The notes below the pieces were generated by a model, which saw only the letters and a program-made list of their open reading frames with translations, ran no database searches and was not told where the DNA came from. Source: a virus (taxonomy: Duplodnaviria; Caudoviricetes). From it: 26,591 nucleotides of DNA. Below are positions 7,942 through 16,598 of the stretch, in pieces. Location of the stretch: IMG/VR virus record IMGVR_UViG_3300016471_001062, positions 1 to 26,591 of that record. One strand, 5' to 3'. Within the stretch, counting starts at the first letter, position 1. Every line of letters begins with the position of its first letter. The position numbers and the translations under genes were made by a program.

Positions 7942-9216
7942 ATGTTAAGAACGTATATAAGAGAATTAATAAAAGAAGCACTTTTAACAGGTGAAAAAAT
8001 AATAACACTTTCAAGAATCGACGTAGGTAATGTGCTTGTTGAGAATAAATTAAAATTTAATGATATGAAAGATTTAAGCGTTTACTGCGCATATACGCAC
8101 GTTGGTAAATGGTATAAAGAACATCTTAATGATGAAACAATGAAAATTGTAATTGAAGATGCTGGTGCTAGTCCATTTCAGGTTGCTGACGTTATTAAAA
8201 AAGATATAACCGTTGTTAAAAAAGATAAAAAAACTCGTAGGGTAATAGATACGCATAAGCTTATTATGGCAGAAAATGATAGAGAATACTGGTGGGGAAG
8301 AATTGCACAAAAAATTTCAGATAGATTTAAAAATGATAAAATTCAAGCTGTAACGTGCGCAGATAGTACATCCCCAATGCCACAAAAAATAGCAGAAAAA
8401 GTTGCAAGAACTTTAGGTGTACCTTTTATAAAGGTTTTTGAAAAAAATAAAAGTGCAGAAAAAATAACCATTAATATAAAAAGATTTAATAAATGGTATG
8501 AAACTCCTGTCGAAGTTAAAGATGAAAAGGGCAAACCTGTTTTTGATAAAAGGGGCAAACCGGTTTTAAGAAATAGAACTGATGATGAAAGATACAACTA
8601 TTTAGAACAATTAATCAACAACCTTGTAACATTAAGAAATGGATTAAGACAAGGACTACCCGTTTCTATTGCGAGAAATATCAAACCATCGCGTAGAGAA
8701 TTTTTTAATGGTATCCATAATATACTCGATGATAAAATTAGTAATATTAATGGAAATTTATTAATTATTGATGACAATATTGATTCAGGCGCTACATTTG
8801 TTGATATTGACAAACAATTAGAACAGTACAAAAATATCAAACCTGTATATGCGGCAGGTTTTAGAATGAATAGATCTTCCAGTGGTGAATCATCAGATCA
8901 AGGTGATGCACAAAATACAGAATATTTACAAGATACAACAAAGCAAGTTATGCCTGATTCACCTAAACCAAGTGAAAAAAAGGCTGTAATACCATATTCT
9001 TTTAAAGAACCTCAAAATTATAAAGTTGATGATTTAATTAAATCAGATAAATTTGGTGTCGGTAAAATAATAAACGTTAATCCAATAGATAAAAAAATTA
9101 TTGTTAAATTTAGTGATCGTACTAGAATTTTAGCGTATATTCCTGATTCAAATATTAATAAAGAAGAAGAAAAAATTGATGAAATTATAAGACGTATTCT
9201 TTTAAAACTAATATAA
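7942..9216 (+). CDS. type I phosphoribosyltransferase-like protein with C-terminal Tudor/SH3-like domain
   Basis: PRPP-binding loop LLIIDDNIDSGATF (~8758-8799); C-terminal YKVDDLIKSDKFGVGKIINV..KKIIVKF; N-terminal MLRTYIRELIKEALL. Confidence 0.7.
   Translation: MLRTYIRELIKEALLTGEKIITLSRIDVGNVLVENKLKFNDMKDLSVYCAYTHVGKWYKEHLNDETMKIVIEDAGASPFQVADVIKKDITVVKKDKKTRRVIDTHKLIMAENDREYWWGRIAQKISDRFKNDKIQAVTCADSTSPMPQKIAEKVARTLGVPFIKVFEKNKSAEKITINIKRFNKWYETPVEVKDEKGKPVFDKRGKPVLRNRTDDERYNYLEQLINNLVTLRNGLRQGLPVSIARNIKPSRREFFNGIHNILDDKISNINGNLLIIDDNIDSGATFVDIDKQLEQYKNIKPVYAAGFRMNRSSSGESSDQGDAQNTEYLQDTTKQVMPDSPKPSEKKAVIPYSFKEPQNYKVDDLIKSDKFGVGKIINVNPIDKKIIVKFSDRTRILAYIPDSNINKEEEKIDEIIRRILLKLI
8521..8568 (+). 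repeat. imperfect in-frame 24-nt tandem duplication (DEKGKPVF / DKRGKPVL)
   Basis: gatgaaaagggcaaacctgttttt followed by gataaaaggggcaaaccggtttta. Confidence 0.7.
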
Positions 9217-9416
9217 TGTTAATTTCATACAAACTGTTAAACATAGGTGATTTTATCAAAATAGATAACACCTATGGTTATGTCTTAAAAATAGATAGTG
9301 CAAGTGTTTCTGTTCTAATTCTTACAAAAGACGGATTTAAACCTAAAAGTTATTATGGTTTTCCTTTTGAAGTGTTATCTTTCGACAGTATGATATCAAA
9401 ATTTATAGATTCATAA
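9216..9416 (+). CDS. small KOW/SH3-like hypothetical protein
   Basis: LNIGDFIKIDNTYGYVLKI; TAATG overlap with upstream gene. Confidence 0.6.
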   Translation: MLISYKLLNIGDFIKIDNTYGYVLKIDSASVSVLILTKDGFKPKSYYGFPFEVLSFDSMISKFIDS

Positions 9417-9697
9417 ATCTTCATCCATTTTTCCCCTGTAGAATCTATTACGTTTATTAAAAAATAATCAACGCCAATTTGATTTGTAACTTCAGTCTTT
9501 TTTATTAGAAAATATAAATTCTCATCATTTGAAGAAAATGAGCCTATCCTGTTAGGAATATTATAGTGTAATCCAAAACCAAAATTTATAGCATCTTTTT
9601 TATTGTAGTACAAATTATAAGGGCTGGTGATTTTGATTAAATCACCAGCCTCTAGTTTATCGTGCTTTTCTAGTACTTTTGATTTTCTTCTTCCCAT
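9353..9697 (-). CDS. hypothetical protein of the GDL..GxW small beta family
   Basis: LEAGDLIKI...INVIDSTGEKW; start overlaps the groEL 3' end. Confidence 0.6.
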   Translation of the reverse strand: MGRRKSKVLEKHDKLEAGDLIKITSPYNLYYNKKDAINFGFGLHYNIPNRIGSFSSNDENLYFLIKKTEVTNQIGVDYFLINVIDSTGEKWMKIYESINFDIILSKDNTSKGKP

Positions 9698-11274
9698 TCT
9701 ACGATGACTGCATCTAATGTTAAGAAAGTATTTGCTACTGATACTGCATTTTCAAAAGCTGTTCGTGTTACTTTTGCAGGATCAATAATTCCTTCTTCTA
9801 TCATATTAACTATTTCGTCAGTTGCAGCATTATAGCCGATATCTTTATTATCTTCTGGTAATCTTGCGAGAATCATTTCTGGAATGATTCCTGCGTTTTC
9901 TGCAATTTTTCTAAATGGTGCTGCACAAGATTTCCATACAATTTCAACGCCATTCTTAAATGAAGTTGAATTATCACTTCTTCTTAATTCACTTAAACAA
10001 TCTCTTGCTCTTAATAAGGCCATGCCACCACCCGCAAAGATACCTTCATCAACTGCAGCAACTGTTGCGTTAAGTGCATCTTCTATACGATACTTACGCT
10101 CTTTCATTTCAACTTCAGTTGATCCACCAACTCGAATTATTGCTGCACCTGCTGATAATTTTGAAATTCTATTTTTGATTATAGAACGTTCATCATTTGG
10201 TAATTTAATATCTTCACAAAGTGTTTTTAAATTCGATACGTGTTCGTTAATTTTATCAGTGGTTTTACCATCACCAACTATAACAGTTGACTTTGAATCA
10301 ACAGTTATTTTCTTTGCACGTCCCAAATCTTTCATTGTTGCTTTTTCTAAAGAATTACCTCTCTTATCTGAGATAATTGTTGCACCTGTTAATACTGCAA
10401 TATCTTCCAGTAATTGATCCTTTAAAGATCCAAAACCTGGAGCTTTTATTGCAACAACTTTTAGAACGTTTTGAACTTTATTAATTGCTAATGCATGTAA
10501 TGCTTCGCCTTCAATATCATCTGCAATGATTAGAAGTGGTTTAGAATTTCTTTGAATTGCTTCAAGTAATGGAACCATCTCTGTTATCTTTGTAATTTTC
10601 TTGTCAGTAACAAGAATCGCACAATCCTGATAAACAACGTTCATTTTTTCTGGATTTGTTACGAAAAGCGGACTAACAAATCCTCTGTCAAATTGCATAC
10701 CTTCAACAACTTCAAGATTAGTTGTCATTCCAGTAGCTTCTTCAACAGTTATGATTCCATCACGTCCAACTTTTTCCATTGCTTCAGCTATTAAATCACC
10801 AATTGATTTATCACCGTTTGCGCTGATTGTTCCTACATTTACAATCCATTCTTTATCATCAACTGGTTTTGCCATTGATTTTAAGTTTAATAGTACAAGA
10901 CCTGATGCAGCTTCAATGCCTTTGCAAAGTTCTATAGCATCATTGCCATTGTTTAATGCTTTTAAACCTTCCTCAACAAGCGACCATGTTAACATTGAAG
11001 ATGTTGTTGTACCATCACCTGCAACGTCATTTGTTCTTGATGATGCTTCTTTAAGAAGATCAGCACCAATTTTTTGCGCATGATCTTTTAATTTTATTGA
11101 TTTACTTACTGTAACACCATCTTTTGTTACAATAGGTATATTTCCATCACCTGTTTTTATAACAACTGTTTTTCCTTTTGGACCCATTGTTGTTGTGACA
11201 GCTTTTGCAGCAGTTTCTAATCCTGCGTATAATTTTTCTCTTGCTTCTTTACCAAATATAATTTCTGACGGCAT
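9670..11274 (-). CDS. groEL: group I chaperonin GroEL
   Basis: TMGPKG, TKDGVTV, DVAGDGTTT, EGMQFDRG, KAPGFG, EDALNAT, AGGG, GIIDPAKVTR; lacks the GGM tail. Confidence 0.97.
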   Translation of the reverse strand: MPSEIIFGKEAREKLYAGLETAAKAVTTTMGPKGKTVVIKTGDGNIPIVTKDGVTVSKSIKLKDHAQKIGADLLKEASSRTNDVAGDGTTTSSMLTWSLVEEGLKALNNGNDAIELCKGIEAASGLVLLNLKSMAKPVDDKEWIVNVGTISANGDKSIGDLIAEAMEKVGRDGIITVEEATGMTTNLEVVEGMQFDRGFVSPLFVTNPEKMNVVYQDCAILVTDKKITKITEMVPLLEAIQRNSKPLLIIADDIEGEALHALAINKVQNVLKVVAIKAPGFGSLKDQLLEDIAVLTGATIISDKRGNSLEKATMKDLGRAKKITVDSKSTVIVGDGKTTDKINEHVSNLKTLCEDIKLPNDERSIIKNRISKLSAGAAIIRVGGSTEVEMKERKYRIEDALNATVAAVDEGIFAGGGMALLRARDCLSELRRSDNSTSFKNGVEIVWKSCAAPFRKIAENAGIIPEMILARLPEDNKDIGYNAATDEIVNMIEEGIIDPAKVTRTAFENAVSVANTFLTLDAVIVEWEEENQKY

Positions 11275-11321
11275 ATAACTATTTTAATATAGAAAACATA
11301 AAAAATAAAATATATAGTTTA

Positions 11322-12629
11322 ATGGCATATTTGGCTTCTTTAAGAAATTATGATTATGAAGGAAACATAAATATTAGTTTATGGTCATCTAAAGATAAAA
11401 TGAATTTAGAACAATTCAGCTTTGTTGATGAACAAAATAATGAATATCAAATATTAAATCATTTATTAAGTGACACTAATTTATCTTTACATTTAAAATT
11501 AAAACCTTCAATTGTTAGTAACATTGTAAATGTGTCAATAAAGCTGAATGGCGTTGAAATATTAAAATGTAATGCAAATAAAAATATAAATAAAATTTAT
11601 TCAGTTTCTTGCGATTTCCCAGATAAAAATTCTACTAATATGTGGGAAAAACTGCACAATGATGAATCTACACTGTTATTACATTTAGGAGATCAATTAT
11701 ACGCAGATATTACAAAAAAAGCCTATTATGCTCAACCAACTTTAACAAGTGGAAATGTTTATGAATGGCAAGAAGAATGTGAAAAAATTACAATAGATAA
11801 TTTTTTTAGTGGTTGTGGTAACAAATATTTAACTGGCTGGCATGAATTTTTATGGGATGATCATGAAGTAGACAATGGCTTTAGAACTGATGATTATTGG
11901 TTTAATAATTGGGAAAATCATCCACATACGGAAGGTGCGATAAACGCATATTCTCAGTGTCAATTAGGAAAACAAAATTCTTTATCAACAAGAATCATAA
12001 ATTATAATAAAATTAATGTTTTGCTGATTGATCAAAGAACTTTTATGACATTTGAAAATGTTAAAAATGGTTCAAGATGGTTACCTGATAATCATATAAA
12101 TTTAATTAATCAATTATTATCATCTATCGATTTAGAAAAACAATTATTTGTTTGTATTAGCGGTGCATATCATAGTACTACTCCTCTTGCAGATCTAAAA
12201 GTGTTTCTTGAATCAAAATTTGAAGGTAAAAAAAGTGAAATAGATACTGGCGCATCCACGCAAAATGCACCCTTATATTCAAAATTAATTGAGATTTTAG
12301 ATTCATATGAATTTAAAATCTCGCCTATAATAATAGGTGGTGACATTCATATGGCTGCAATTAAAAATATAATTTCTAAAAAAAGAATCTATAAACACTT
12401 AATAAGTTCAGGTGTTAGATCACCATCCAAAAATTATGAACCCTTGAAAAATAAAATTATTTATTTCTTAGAAAGAAATTTTGAAATTGATAATAGATTT
12501 AATAAAAATGTTAAAGTTGACACAATATATCAAGATCAAAATAAGAATATTGGTTTAATACAAATTAAAGATACAAATATAGAAATTTCATTTATTTCAG
12601 AATCAAATGAAAAAAAGGTTATAATATGA
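11322..12629 (+). CDS. phoD: PhoD-like metallophosphatase
   Basis: LHLGDQLYAD, WDDHEVDNG, LLIDQRT, GGDIH match alkaline phosphatase D metal-binding blocks. Confidence 0.8.
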   Translation: MAYLASLRNYDYEGNINISLWSSKDKMNLEQFSFVDEQNNEYQILNHLLSDTNLSLHLKLKPSIVSNIVNVSIKLNGVEILKCNANKNINKIYSVSCDFPDKNSTNMWEKLHNDESTLLLHLGDQLYADITKKAYYAQPTLTSGNVYEWQEECEKITIDNFFSGCGNKYLTGWHEFLWDDHEVDNGFRTDDYWFNNWENHPHTEGAINAYSQCQLGKQNSLSTRIINYNKINVLLIDQRTFMTFENVKNGSRWLPDNHINLINQLLSSIDLEKQLFVCISGAYHSTTPLADLKVFLESKFEGKKSEIDTGASTQNAPLYSKLIEILDSYEFKISPIIIGGDIHMAAIKNIISKKRIYKHLISSGVRSPSKNYEPLKNKIIYFLERNFEIDNRFNKNVKVDTIYQDQNKNIGLIQIKDTNIEISFISESNEKKVII

Positions 12630-12820
12630 TTACTACTGGTTATATTGGATTAGGAATATTAGGGACGTTTTTTATAACAAAATTATTATATTTTGTGTTA
12701 AGATTTAATGTAAAAAGTGATCATATTTTTATGGTTTGTTTAACTGTTATCCACCTTTTATGTGGCGTTATTTTATATCCAATATATCCTCTATTACATT
12801 TTCAATTCTGGAAATTTTAA
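12626..12820 (+). CDS. small membrane protein, two hydrophobic segments
   Basis: 64 aa, ATGA-like overlap with upstream gene, two apolar stretches. Confidence 0.55.
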   Translation: MITTGYIGLGILGTFFITKLLYFVLRFNVKSDHIFMVCLTVIHLLCGVILYPIYPLLHFQFWKF

Positions 12821-13729
12821 TAACATATCTTTAATTGCAAGATTTTTTGCTTTGCTTTCAATTTCGACATCAATTTCGTTTGAAATTAATTTAGAAATCT
12901 GTTCATCAGGGATATAATGGATATAATTGCTGTGTTTGCGACGATTCGTAAAGTTAGATCTTTCAAGTCCTGGCTCCGTATTTGCTAGATGTTGTAATGG
13001 TTTAATATTATTTGACCATGTTTTGCATGATAAATCAAATGCTTCACGCATTGTTAAATCACCTGTATTAAATATATGGTGATGACTGTCAAATACAATA
13101 GGCACTCCGGTCATCTCGTATACATTAAATAAATCTTTAACATTCGCTACGGTTTCACAGTTTTCGAGTGTTAGCCTATTTTTAATGTTTCCCGGAAGAG
13201 TTTTAATGTTTTGAATTAGTTTATTGAATGCATCACGTTTTGCTGCATGTATGTTTATCGCATAATAAGGTGATTCATCAAATTCACATGCATCAAAAAT
13301 CCATGCATGCATTTTTAAATCTGAAATTGCATTTTCAACAACTGAATCGCGGTCAGAGTTTAATACGCAAAACTGTCCTGGATGGAATGTTACGCGAACA
13401 TTATTCTTTTTGCAGAGATCACCATAAATTTTGTATTTTGACTTCAACGTATCATTATCCCACCATTCTCGTGGAACTTTATCGCCAAGGGGAAGTAGAT
13501 CACTTGATAGTCTGAATACTTTAATTCCATCGTTTATAACGAGTTGCATAACTTCAATAAGTTTATCAACGTTATGAATATAAGTTTCTCTAATTACTTC
13601 TTCACTATACTGACCTTTTTGCCAGCGATTTAGTTGCAATGTTTTATTATTAAAAAGATTTACGAGTTCCGTAACACCTTTTTTATTTGTTTTTTCTTTT
13701 ACGTAATGACAAACTAGGCCAATGGACAT
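12794..13729 (-). CDS. uvsE: UV damage endonuclease (UvsE/UVDE)
   Basis: FRLSSDLLP, TFHPGQFCVLNS, LTLEN, FDSHHH, HSNYI, EIESKAKNLA. Confidence 0.93.
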   Translation of the reverse strand: MSIGLVCHYVKEKTNKKGVTELVNLFNNKTLQLNRWQKGQYSEEVIRETYIHNVDKLIEVMQLVINDGIKVFRLSSDLLPLGDKVPREWWDNDTLKSKYKIYGDLCKKNNVRVTFHPGQFCVLNSDRDSVVENAISDLKMHAWIFDACEFDESPYYAINIHAAKRDAFNKLIQNIKTLPGNIKNRLTLENCETVANVKDLFNVYEMTGVPIVFDSHHHIFNTGDLTMREAFDLSCKTWSNNIKPLQHLANTEPGLERSNFTNRRKHSNYIHYIPDEQISKLISNEIDVEIESKAKNLAIKDMLLKFPELKM

Positions 13730-13739
13730 AGATCTTATC

Positions 13740-14006
13740 TTAATCTAAAAATCTTTTATTTGCAAAAAGATAATCATAATAACACCACCCACATAAACCA
13801 CGCGAAGTTAAAACTTTTATTTTCTTAAATGTTTTATTTCGAGTTTGTTCATCTATTTCAACAACTATAAAAACATCACCGTAATATACAAATCCTAAAA
13901 ATGGATCCACATCGGGATCCATTTTATGTTTATTATCATATAAGATTTCGCAAACGTTTTTATCTCCATCAAAATCTGCTATGTATAATTCATTTGTTTC
14001 AACCAT
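13740..14006 (-). CDS. small SH3-like hypothetical protein
   Basis: GDVFIVVEI...KIKVLTSRGLCGW. Confidence 0.65.
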   Translation of the reverse strand: MVETNELYIADFDGDKNVCEILYDNKHKMDPDVDPFLGFVYYGDVFIVVEIDEQTRNKTFKKIKVLTSRGLCGWCYYDYLFANKRFLD

Positions 14007-14995
14007 GTTTTTTTTGCGTTATTACAATAGTATTGTAAAGATAAATTCTGTAGTATTTTAAATAAGAACGAAAAATTATAAATAAGTCTTAGTTTATTTA
14101 CAATATCTGCATGTGATGTGGGAGATGTTCTTTGAAGTTTAGGCATCCAGTAAATTTCTTCAGAAACAACAACAGGAACTTTTGAAGTTATTAAATCTGC
14201 AGTAACTATATTAAATGATTCTGATAATGAAACTTGCATTCCTATATCAATATTTGATATGATATTCATAAAGTCATCGTGAGAATACCAAGGATGTTTT
14301 ACTAACTCATGTTTACTATTTGAGAATAGTTCTTCTAAATTTTTTAAAACATTTTCTCCCTGATGTTCTATCAAGGTAGAATTGATATGAAATTTTAATT
14401 TTTTATTAATTGAATCAGCAAATTCTATTGCTGCAAGTGCTTGAGCGTAATGATTTTTTAATGGTCTTATCGCGCCAAAGCATCCTATTTCAATATAATT
14501 TTTATCTTTTGATACTTTAACTTTATTTTCAATTTCTTTTTCGATATAAATGTTTGGTAGAAATAAAAAATTTCCATGTGGAAAACATGATTTTAATTGA
14601 TTTGTTAAATCTTCAGAATTTGGTGCGATTATTAGGTTTGGAATGTATGAATATTTTTTAATCCATTTTGTTGAAAAACTTTCATTCGCAATGAATGGTG
14701 CTTTTGCATGAATTCTAATAATCCATTTTTTATTGATATTTTCTTTCCTACAAAGTAGTTGAATCAACTTAGGTGGTGGTACCCAAATTGATTCAAATAT
14801 TATTATATCTGGATTTGATTTTAAAAGAATATCATCAATTTCGTTAAAATCATCAATGAAATTGATTTCTACTTTAAATTTTTCATTTTTCAAAAAATCA
14901 ATTATGAAATTAACGCTGTTAAAAAGACCGTGTTTTTTAATTTCTTGATTTTTTTTAACAAAAAAATGAATTTTTTTGTTATCAATTGTAAGCAT
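13979..14995 (-). CDS. GT-B fold glycosyltransferase (family 4-like)
   Basis: IGCFGAIRPLKNH and QVSLSESFNIVTAD (Ex7E-like donor motif), VPVVVS. Confidence 0.8.
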   Translation of the reverse strand: MLTIDNKKIHFFVKKNQEIKKHGLFNSVNFIIDFLKNEKFKVEINFIDDFNEIDDILLKSNPDIIIFESIWVPPPKLIQLLCRKENINKKWIIRIHAKAPFIANESFSTKWIKKYSYIPNLIIAPNSEDLTNQLKSCFPHGNFLFLPNIYIEKEIENKVKVSKDKNYIEIGCFGAIRPLKNHYAQALAAIEFADSINKKLKFHINSTLIEHQGENVLKNLEELFSNSKHELVKHPWYSHDDFMNIISNIDIGMQVSLSESFNIVTADLITSKVPVVVSEEIYWMPKLQRTSPTSHADIVNKLRLIYNFSFLFKILQNLSLQYYCNNAKKTWLKQMNYT

Positions 14996-15017
14996 TATTA
15001 TCTAACAGATCTTTTAA

Positions 15018-15179
15018 TTAATCTTCTATATATTTTACTAGATTTGATTCAAAGAAATCTCTTACATATGTTTGTATATAATTCTTTATTTCATCATCTA
15101 GTGTTGTCTTAGAAAATAATCCTAAAAACCAATCTTTAATTGCTTTTAAAAAATCCAAAATAGACTTCAATACTTGCAT
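15018..15179 (-). CDS. small hypothetical protein, 53 aa (below ORF-track cutoff)
   Basis: MQVLKSILDFLKAIKDWFLGLFSKTTLDDEIKNYIQTYVRDFFESNLVKYIED; amphipathic N-terminal helix; fills the gap between co-oriented genes. Confidence 0.65.
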   Translation of the reverse strand: MQVLKSILDFLKAIKDWFLGLFSKTTLDDEIKNYIQTYVRDFFESNLVKYIED

Positions 15180-15201
15180 AAATTTAAATATTAATGAAAA
15201 T

Positions 15202-15804
15202 TTAATTTCTATATTTATTTAGGAAATCTACCATAGTAATTCCACTTGCAGTTCCGCAATTAATACTTCTTACTGATCCAAATTGTTCTATATAAACAGT
15301 GTTTTCACATAGATTCTGCATAAAAGAAGAAAGACCTTTTCCTTCTTCACCAAAAATCATGAGTGTATTTTCAGGCCAATTAAAAGTTCTCATTGAAAGT
15401 GAACCTGGGATATTATCAATTCCAATGAACGTGTATTTCTTTTTTAATTCGAGAAGTTGATTTTCATTTTCTATGAAAGTAACATCCTTATAATTGTAAG
15501 TGCCAACTGCACCTCTCTTATCAAATCTTTTTCGACCAATATAGAAAATTTCTGATGCATTAAATGCATTTGCATTTCTAATTCCCGTTGAGAGATTAAA
15601 ATCTCCAATCCAATTTTCAAACATAACTGCATACGGAAATGCAGTTTCTTTTAAACGAGTTTTGATTTGATCTTTTGAAAGATTTTTAAACTCATCTATG
15701 ACATTTTTTTCTACATCAGATCCTGTCGTATCAAATTTTATTTGAGTACGAGCAAGAGTGATAAGTTCATTAGATGATACAGACGTTATAGTTGCTTCTT
15801 TCAT
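15202..15804 (-). CDS. SpoU/TrmH-family RNA 2'-O-methyltransferase
   Basis: FENWIGDFNLSTGIRNANAF, IFGEEGKGLS, IEQFGSVRSINCGTASGI (SPOUT motifs 1-3); GAGGA RBS. Confidence 0.9.
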   Translation of the reverse strand: MKEATITSVSSNELITLARTQIKFDTTGSDVEKNVIDEFKNLSKDQIKTRLKETAFPYAVMFENWIGDFNLSTGIRNANAFNASEIFYIGRKRFDKRGAVGTYNYKDVTFIENENQLLELKKKYTFIGIDNIPGSLSMRTFNWPENTLMIFGEEGKGLSSFMQNLCENTVYIEQFGSVRSINCGTASGITMVDFLNKYRN

Positions 15805-16231
15805 TATCTTTCCTCACAATAAAATGCCATAAATTAGTCAACGCATGGTCTTTCGGTGGTGTATCGTCAAATTCATTTAAAAAATACATCCTGTCACAAG
15901 CGTCAGCATATTGACCAATTCCACGACATTCAATCAAATATTTCCAGTTTCCTCTAATATAATCTTCTGAGAATGATTTTGCACGATTATATCTAACATT
16001 TTTAAAACCAAGTGGAGATATCAGATTTTTTACATCTTCTTCATTTGAATTTAAAAATATTTCAGCGTTTGGATATTTTATAAAAAAATTATCAATTATT
16101 TTTTCAACTTGCATTCTTTTTGTGCAGTTTAAAAAAATACAAGTAACTGCAATTTTCCAACGATCTGGATAATATTTGTCCTGTAACAGTCCACTTGGGG
16201 TGTCTATTGGGTTCCAAATAATTTTTTTCAT
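15770..16231 (-). CDS. MBD4-like HhH-superfamily DNA glycosylase
   Basis: LLQD....WKIAVTCIFLNCT, FF.KYP, ISPLGF..R, FSEDY, GIGQYAADA, PKDHAL parallel the MBD4 catalytic domain. Confidence 0.85.
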   Translation of the reverse strand: MKKIIWNPIDTPSGLLQDKYYPDRWKIAVTCIFLNCTKRMQVEKIIDNFFIKYPNAEIFLNSNEEDVKNLISPLGFKNVRYNRAKSFSEDYIRGNWKYLIECRGIGQYADACDRMYFLNEFDDTPPKDHALTNLWHFIVRKDNERSNYNVCII

Positions 16232-16234
16232 ATT

Positions 16235-16258
16235 AAAAAACCGGATTTTAACCCGGTT
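16235..16258 (-). terminator. probable intrinsic terminator after the sigma-factor gene block
   Basis: Minus strand AACCGGG-ttaaaa-TCCGGTT-TTTT: GC stem with one G-U pair and a U-tract, overlapping the stop of 16248..16598. Confidence 0.6.
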
Positions 16259-16598
16259 GTGATGATTTCTTTTTTGGTTGTTTTTGTGTCGTTATTTCAG
16301 GTTCTTGAATTATTGAAACTTCATCATCAGAAGCTTCTGGCTCAATTTCATTAGGTAGTTCAGACTTTTGTGTTTCTATTTTGACTTCCACTTTTGGTGG
16401 ATATAGCTCTTCATATGACTTATTAAAATCATGTTCTGAACATGGAAGCATACCAAGTTTATCACAAAATAAAATTAAGTCAGAGTATGAATTAAAGCTT
16501 TTCTTTTGAATTAATTCTTTTAATGATAATGATTTAGCTTTTAACCAATCATATAGTCTAACGGGTTTTTGTTTTTCAGTTGTTATTCTCATATTCAA
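16248..16598 (-). CDS. hypothetical protein
   Basis: 116-aa ORF with acidic/basic low-complexity tail; start could be 16592. Confidence 0.7.
   Translation of the reverse strand: MNMRITTEKQKPVRLYDWLKAKSLSLKELIQKKSFNSYSDLILFCDKLGMLPCSEHDFNKSYEELYPPKVEVKIETQKSELPNEIEPEASDDEVSIIQEPEITTQKQPKKKSSQPG

Noticed and set aside
8074-13515. Shadow ORFs 8074-, 8343-, 8598-, 9884+, 10751+, 13228+
   Set aside because: Antisense to PRTase, GroEL and UvsE; expected from codon bias.
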